Source: Polymyxa betae A26-41
Taxonomy: Eukaryota > Protista > Endomyxa: Phytomyxea
Length of the DNA stretch: 64,000 nt
Direction: 5' to 3'
Assembly: GCA_003693705.1 (NCBI GenBank)
Contig: RBZT01000527.1
Location: forward strand, 62,001-126,000
Shown: positions 60,087-64,000 of the stretch, piece after piece
Position numbering within the stretch: the first letter of the stretch is position 1
Layout of the letters: each line of letters opens with the position of its first letter
Translations under genes and position numbers: made by a program
Notes under the pieces: model-generated
Databases searched by the model: none
Told to the model about the DNA's origin: nothing
Seen by the model: the letters and a program-made list of their open reading frames with translations, nothing else

Positions 60087-61359
60087 TTATTGCTTTTTTT
60101 GAGGTAATCGTGGAAGTAGATGAAAAGGCGTTCCCGGAATCGTATTGGTAGTGAAGTATTCATGATCCAGAGCCTGTTCAGCACTGATTCTCTGCTTGGG
60201 ATCAAATGTTAACATCTTTTGAAGAAGATCCAAAGCTAAGGCCGGTACGCCGGGGAATATTGTTGATAATGGGGTCCCAGTACGATGCTCGAACTGAGCA
60301 TATGCTGGCAAGGCTGTGACACCTGGCCAGACATCTTCGGTAGGCGTTCCTAGTACAGCGAAGATCATGGACAGCTGCAGAATAGTGTTAGATTTCACAG
60401 AAGGAGATAAGGATGGATCGCATTGGACCTGTTCGATCTCAGTTGAGCCGTGAAATAAAGGAACACGCAGCATCAACTGAGCGAAAATGCAGCCACATGA
60501 CCAAATATCAGATCCCGGCCCATACGAAGTCGCTCCAAAAAGAAGCTAAGCAACCGATAAGTGAGTGTAGGAGGAAGGAATACTGAACATACTTCTGGGG
60601 AACGGAACCACAATGTACAGGCCTGTGGCGAAAATTGACGATTTGGAGAGCCGAAGATCTTGGCTAGACCAAAATCGCTGAGCTTCAGGATGCCCTGCTG
60701 CGAAATAAGACAGTTGGACGGTTTTAGATCTCGATGCAGCGTCCAGTGTTTATGACAAAAATCGACAGCCTCCAGCAGCATCTACTATGAATGAGAAGCT
60801 AGATGGAGGAATGGAACCAGAAGATAACCGACCCTCATATAAGATTTGATATCTCCCGGACGTAAAACTATGGACCTATCCAACCATGATGTAAAATGCA
60901 ATGCTCTTTGATGCACAGGACTTTATCGGTTTACGTGGTATTGATAATGACTTCCAAATCGGTCTAAGCGCAATCAGCGATTTAGTGTGATGAATGAATT
61001 CTCTGTTTGTGCTGAAAGAACTGCCCATTACCTGCATTTCTTCCAGTACGACATGAATATTGCCACGATTAGCAAACACGTGATACACAGGAATAATATG
61101 AACGTGAGCTAATTCTTGCAATAACTTCAGTTCCCGAATGGTTTCTTGACTGACTCCATCCGAAGACGACTTCATTCGAATCTTCTTTATCCTATAAAGT
61201 CGCAACTTGGTTGGATGTTTTACTGATTCCTGGGCAAAGGACGAACGCGACGGTTTTCGGCATATCAGGATGGAACGCTCGGTCGCCGATGAATTCAGCA
61301 CGATAGACAACACCATGGGCACCTGATCCCAGTTTTTCAAGTTTCTTGTAGCTCTCCAT
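60087..61359 (-). CDS. CDK7: Cyclin-dependent kinase, CDK7/CAK-like, multi-exon
   Basis: VAIKKIR, DGVSQETIRELKLLQEL, HWTLHRDLKP, DFGLAKIFGSPNR, LGTPTEDVWPGV. Confidence 0.78.
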
Positions 61360-61846
61360 TGTGCGTATCTAATCCGCTCGGCTTCCCTCTCTGAGTCCGA
61401 CTTCCACCGATCGCTTGTTGAATAGTACTTCGATGAAACAATTAAACATTAAAGGTGATGTTTATTTTCGTGATGGCTTAATTGCGTCTTGGCAAAAATG
61501 CAGCTAACGGATAAATTTGCTATGGTTGATTTATCGAAACATGCCTGTATATATCTCATGGCATTTATATAACTTCCCCTGCCTATATATTTCCTGACGG
61601 TATCCAAATGTGTAGAATGAGGACAATATATGGAAGATTGGGATTGTTATGGGACCATGGAGAAGTCTAGAGTCGGATTATTCTATAACGGAGTTGGTGC
61701 CCCGAGAGGACCTGCCTCTAAATAGACTCGCTATCACTATCTGTCTCTCACATGCTCTAATTTGAGCTGAAATATACCTATCAGGGTACCTTGCCAGATC
61801 TTATTGTAGACATTGTCCAGGTCAATACCTGTCCTTACCATCAAAC

Positions 61847-62708
61847 ATGAATCTCTTCGGGAGGAAGAAGGCCCCGGCTCCCAATATGAACGAGAGCATA
61901 TTGAAGCTCAGAGAGACTATCAATCAGCTTGGCAAACGTGAAGAGCATCTTCAGAGGCAGGCTGATGCCTGTCTCGAAGCTGCCAAAATGAAATCTAAGA
62001 AAAAAGATAAAAGAGGTTCAGAAAGCTGGTCTTTTTTCAAGAAAATATGGCCACTTAACAGTTTGTAGGTGCATTGTTCGAATTAAAACGAAAGAAAATG
62101 TTCGAAAAGCAGATTGAGCAAATGTTTGGCAAACGGGTGAATTTAGAGACCCAGATCTTTGCTTTGGAATCTGCTGCCACCAACAAGGAAGTAATCTCGG
62201 CCATGCAGCAAGGCAAGCAGGCCATCGATGCTTCACTCAAATCATTGTAGGAGCTTTTTTTTGGTGAATGTTTTACTTACCTTTTTCTGTAGTGATGTGG
62301 ATAATGTCGCTGATATCATGGATGGAATCGACGAAAGCGTTGCTATGGTCGATGAACTCGACACTGCTCTGTCGCAGCCATTAGGAGCGAACACGTATCA
62401 AGATGTAAGTCCTGATTCAATTATTGTGAAAACATTGTAAAGAATGGGCTTTTCAGGATGATCTTGAGGCAGAGCTTGCTGAACTTGAAGATCAGCAAAT
62501 CCACGAGGAGCTTCTGTCAGTACCGGACGTGGCTGTTTCGAAAACCCCCGCTATTGAAAAGAAAGGTAATCTCAATTTGCATCTCGTTCAGTATAAGATC
62601 TAACGTCGATTTAAAGCTATTGTATCGACACCAGCAGTGGCTCAAACTGCATCAGACTCAGCCAACATCGACGCTGATCTTGCACAGCTAGAAGCTGAAT
62701 TCGTATAA
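61847..62708 (+). CDS. SNF7: ESCRT-III subunit Snf7/Vps32/CHMP4, multi-exon
   Basis: MNLFGRKK, LRETINQLGKRE, ALFELKRKKMFEKQI, NLETQIFALESA, DDLEAELAELE. Confidence 0.95.
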
Positions 62709-63078
62709 TATGAATCTAGTCACTTTATTAATAAAGAAAATTGGCCTGTAATCTCGCCCTAACGCTGTATTAATTTCAATGGCACTCGATACAGATTTAG
62801 TCGATCCTACTAAAGTGGTCTAACGAATAAAGCCAAGTCGCTGGAAACCCTAGTTCAGAGTCGATGTTGGGCTTGCGCCGCTTCCAGAACAATCACTGGT
62901 TGAACGCGTCATGTCTGTGAATGCGGCCGTGGCTCTGTGATGGGCTGCTGCTAAGTGTAGAAGTATCCAATAGGTTCGGTCGTTTATTTGGGTTCTCCTG
63001 GTCCGTTTAGAAATACCGCTGTACAATTAATAAGATATCTTACTGGACCGTACACCGGTTGTATTCATATTAATCGTA

Positions 63079-63984
63079 ATGCTTGAACAGCTAGGCTTGG
63101 ACCTGGTCGAGGCTGTCATCTCATTCTTAATCGGATCTCCTGATCTCGACGTCTGTCTTAACGTGAATCGATTCTGTCGCCTGGCCACGTTTACCACGCT
63201 ACGTCATCGACCCGAAAACACCTGTACTATACGGTGGTGCTGTGAGCGAGGCTATGCTCGTTTAGTGCATGACCTGCTTCGTGATGGCAGATTTGATCCA
63301 ACAGCTCGCGATAACATTGCATTACGCTATGCCTGTATGAATGGCCATGTTCGGGTCGTGAAGCTTCTTATCACCGACGGACGCGTCGATCCATCGGCCA
63401 ATTTCAGCCTGGCCTTGCGTTGGGCTGTTCATGGCAACCATATCGACGTTGTTAAGGTTCTTCTTGCAGATCAACGTGTTGATCCTGGGTCCTGTGCTAA
63501 CGAGGCTATTCGTATCGCCAGTGAGAATGGATTTCTGGAGATTGTCAATCTGCTGCTGGAGGATAATCGTGTCAATCCAGCAGCTGAGAACAATTTTGCT
63601 ATTCGTTGGGCCAGTCGGAATGGCCATGTCGATGCTGTACGCGCCTTGTTAGGCGACGCTCGGGTGGACCCATCCGATGAGGATAACGACGCCATTGTTC
63701 TAGCGACTCGCAATGGGCATGCTGATGTTGTCAAAGTTTTATTGGAGGACCGCCGGGTCGACTTCGCGGCTGATAATAATTACGTACTTCGGCTGGCGAT
63801 CGCCAACCATCATTTCAATGTCCTTGATGTTCTGATGCAGAAGGTTCAATGGATGTCGATGTTGAATGATTTGATTCCAGAATCATCTGGGACGGCCGTC
63901 ATCGAAGAGCCTCAGCTATTCTCATGTGCCATGCGGAATGGTAGCAGTGAAGATTTGACTGCTTTGTGGCAGCAGGCTCACTAA
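63079..63984 (+). CDS. Ankyrin-repeat protein with F-box-like N-terminus, intronless
   Basis: Six 34-aa repeats of the type A.R.A..NGH..VV..LL.D.RVDPSA..N, and N-terminal LEQLGLDLVEAVISFL..DL..C..VNRFCR. Confidence 0.88.
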   Translation: MLEQLGLDLVEAVISFLIGSPDLDVCLNVNRFCRLATFTTLRHRPENTCTIRWCCERGYARLVHDLLRDGRFDPTARDNIALRYACMNGHVRVVKLLITDGRVDPSANFSLALRWAVHGNHIDVVKVLLADQRVDPGSCANEAIRIASENGFLEIVNLLLEDNRVNPAAENNFAIRWASRNGHVDAVRALLGDARVDPSDEDNDAIVLATRNGHADVVKVLLEDRRVDFAADNNYVLRLAIANHHFNVLDVLMQKVQWMSMLNDLIPESSGTAVIEEPQLFSCAMRNGSSEDLTALWQQAH

Positions 63985-64000
63985 GGTCGGTACATAACAG

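Overview
Gene-dense, intron-containing eukaryotic nuclear DNA, not prokaryotic. It has moderate GC, mostly ~45-60 nt GT-AG introns and often very short intergenic gaps. Ciliary genes (CFAP300, dynein-2 light intermediate chain, an axonemal-dynein-light-chain-domain protein) imply a flagellated organism. The compact style resembles a plasmodiophorid/rhizarian protist, but this is inference only. About 34 genes were reconstructed by manual splicing; boundaries, especially start codons, are approximate. Recognisable genes include a tyrosine phosphatase, GNAT, NDUFB2, CNNM, EEF2KMT-like, MPV17, GLDC, PET100-like, RSM22, GET1, SRD5A3, two DGAT2, HACD, IWS1, MCMBP, DDB1, NDUFS6, KBP, P5CR, CDK7-like and SNF7. 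The most notable items are: an R3H + 2H-phosphoesterase fusion; a DEK-C + HMG-box + IWS1 fusion; a 120-bp tandem repeat that carries the start codon of a possible REC114-like gene; a Harbinger/Tourist-like MITE just upstream of HACD; two convergent gene pairs whose stop codons interlock; an 8-nt micro-exon in GLDC; and an intronless F-box-like/ankyrin gene. No rRNA, tRNA or CRISPR array was recognised, and no multi-gene novel system could be demonstrated from sequence alone.
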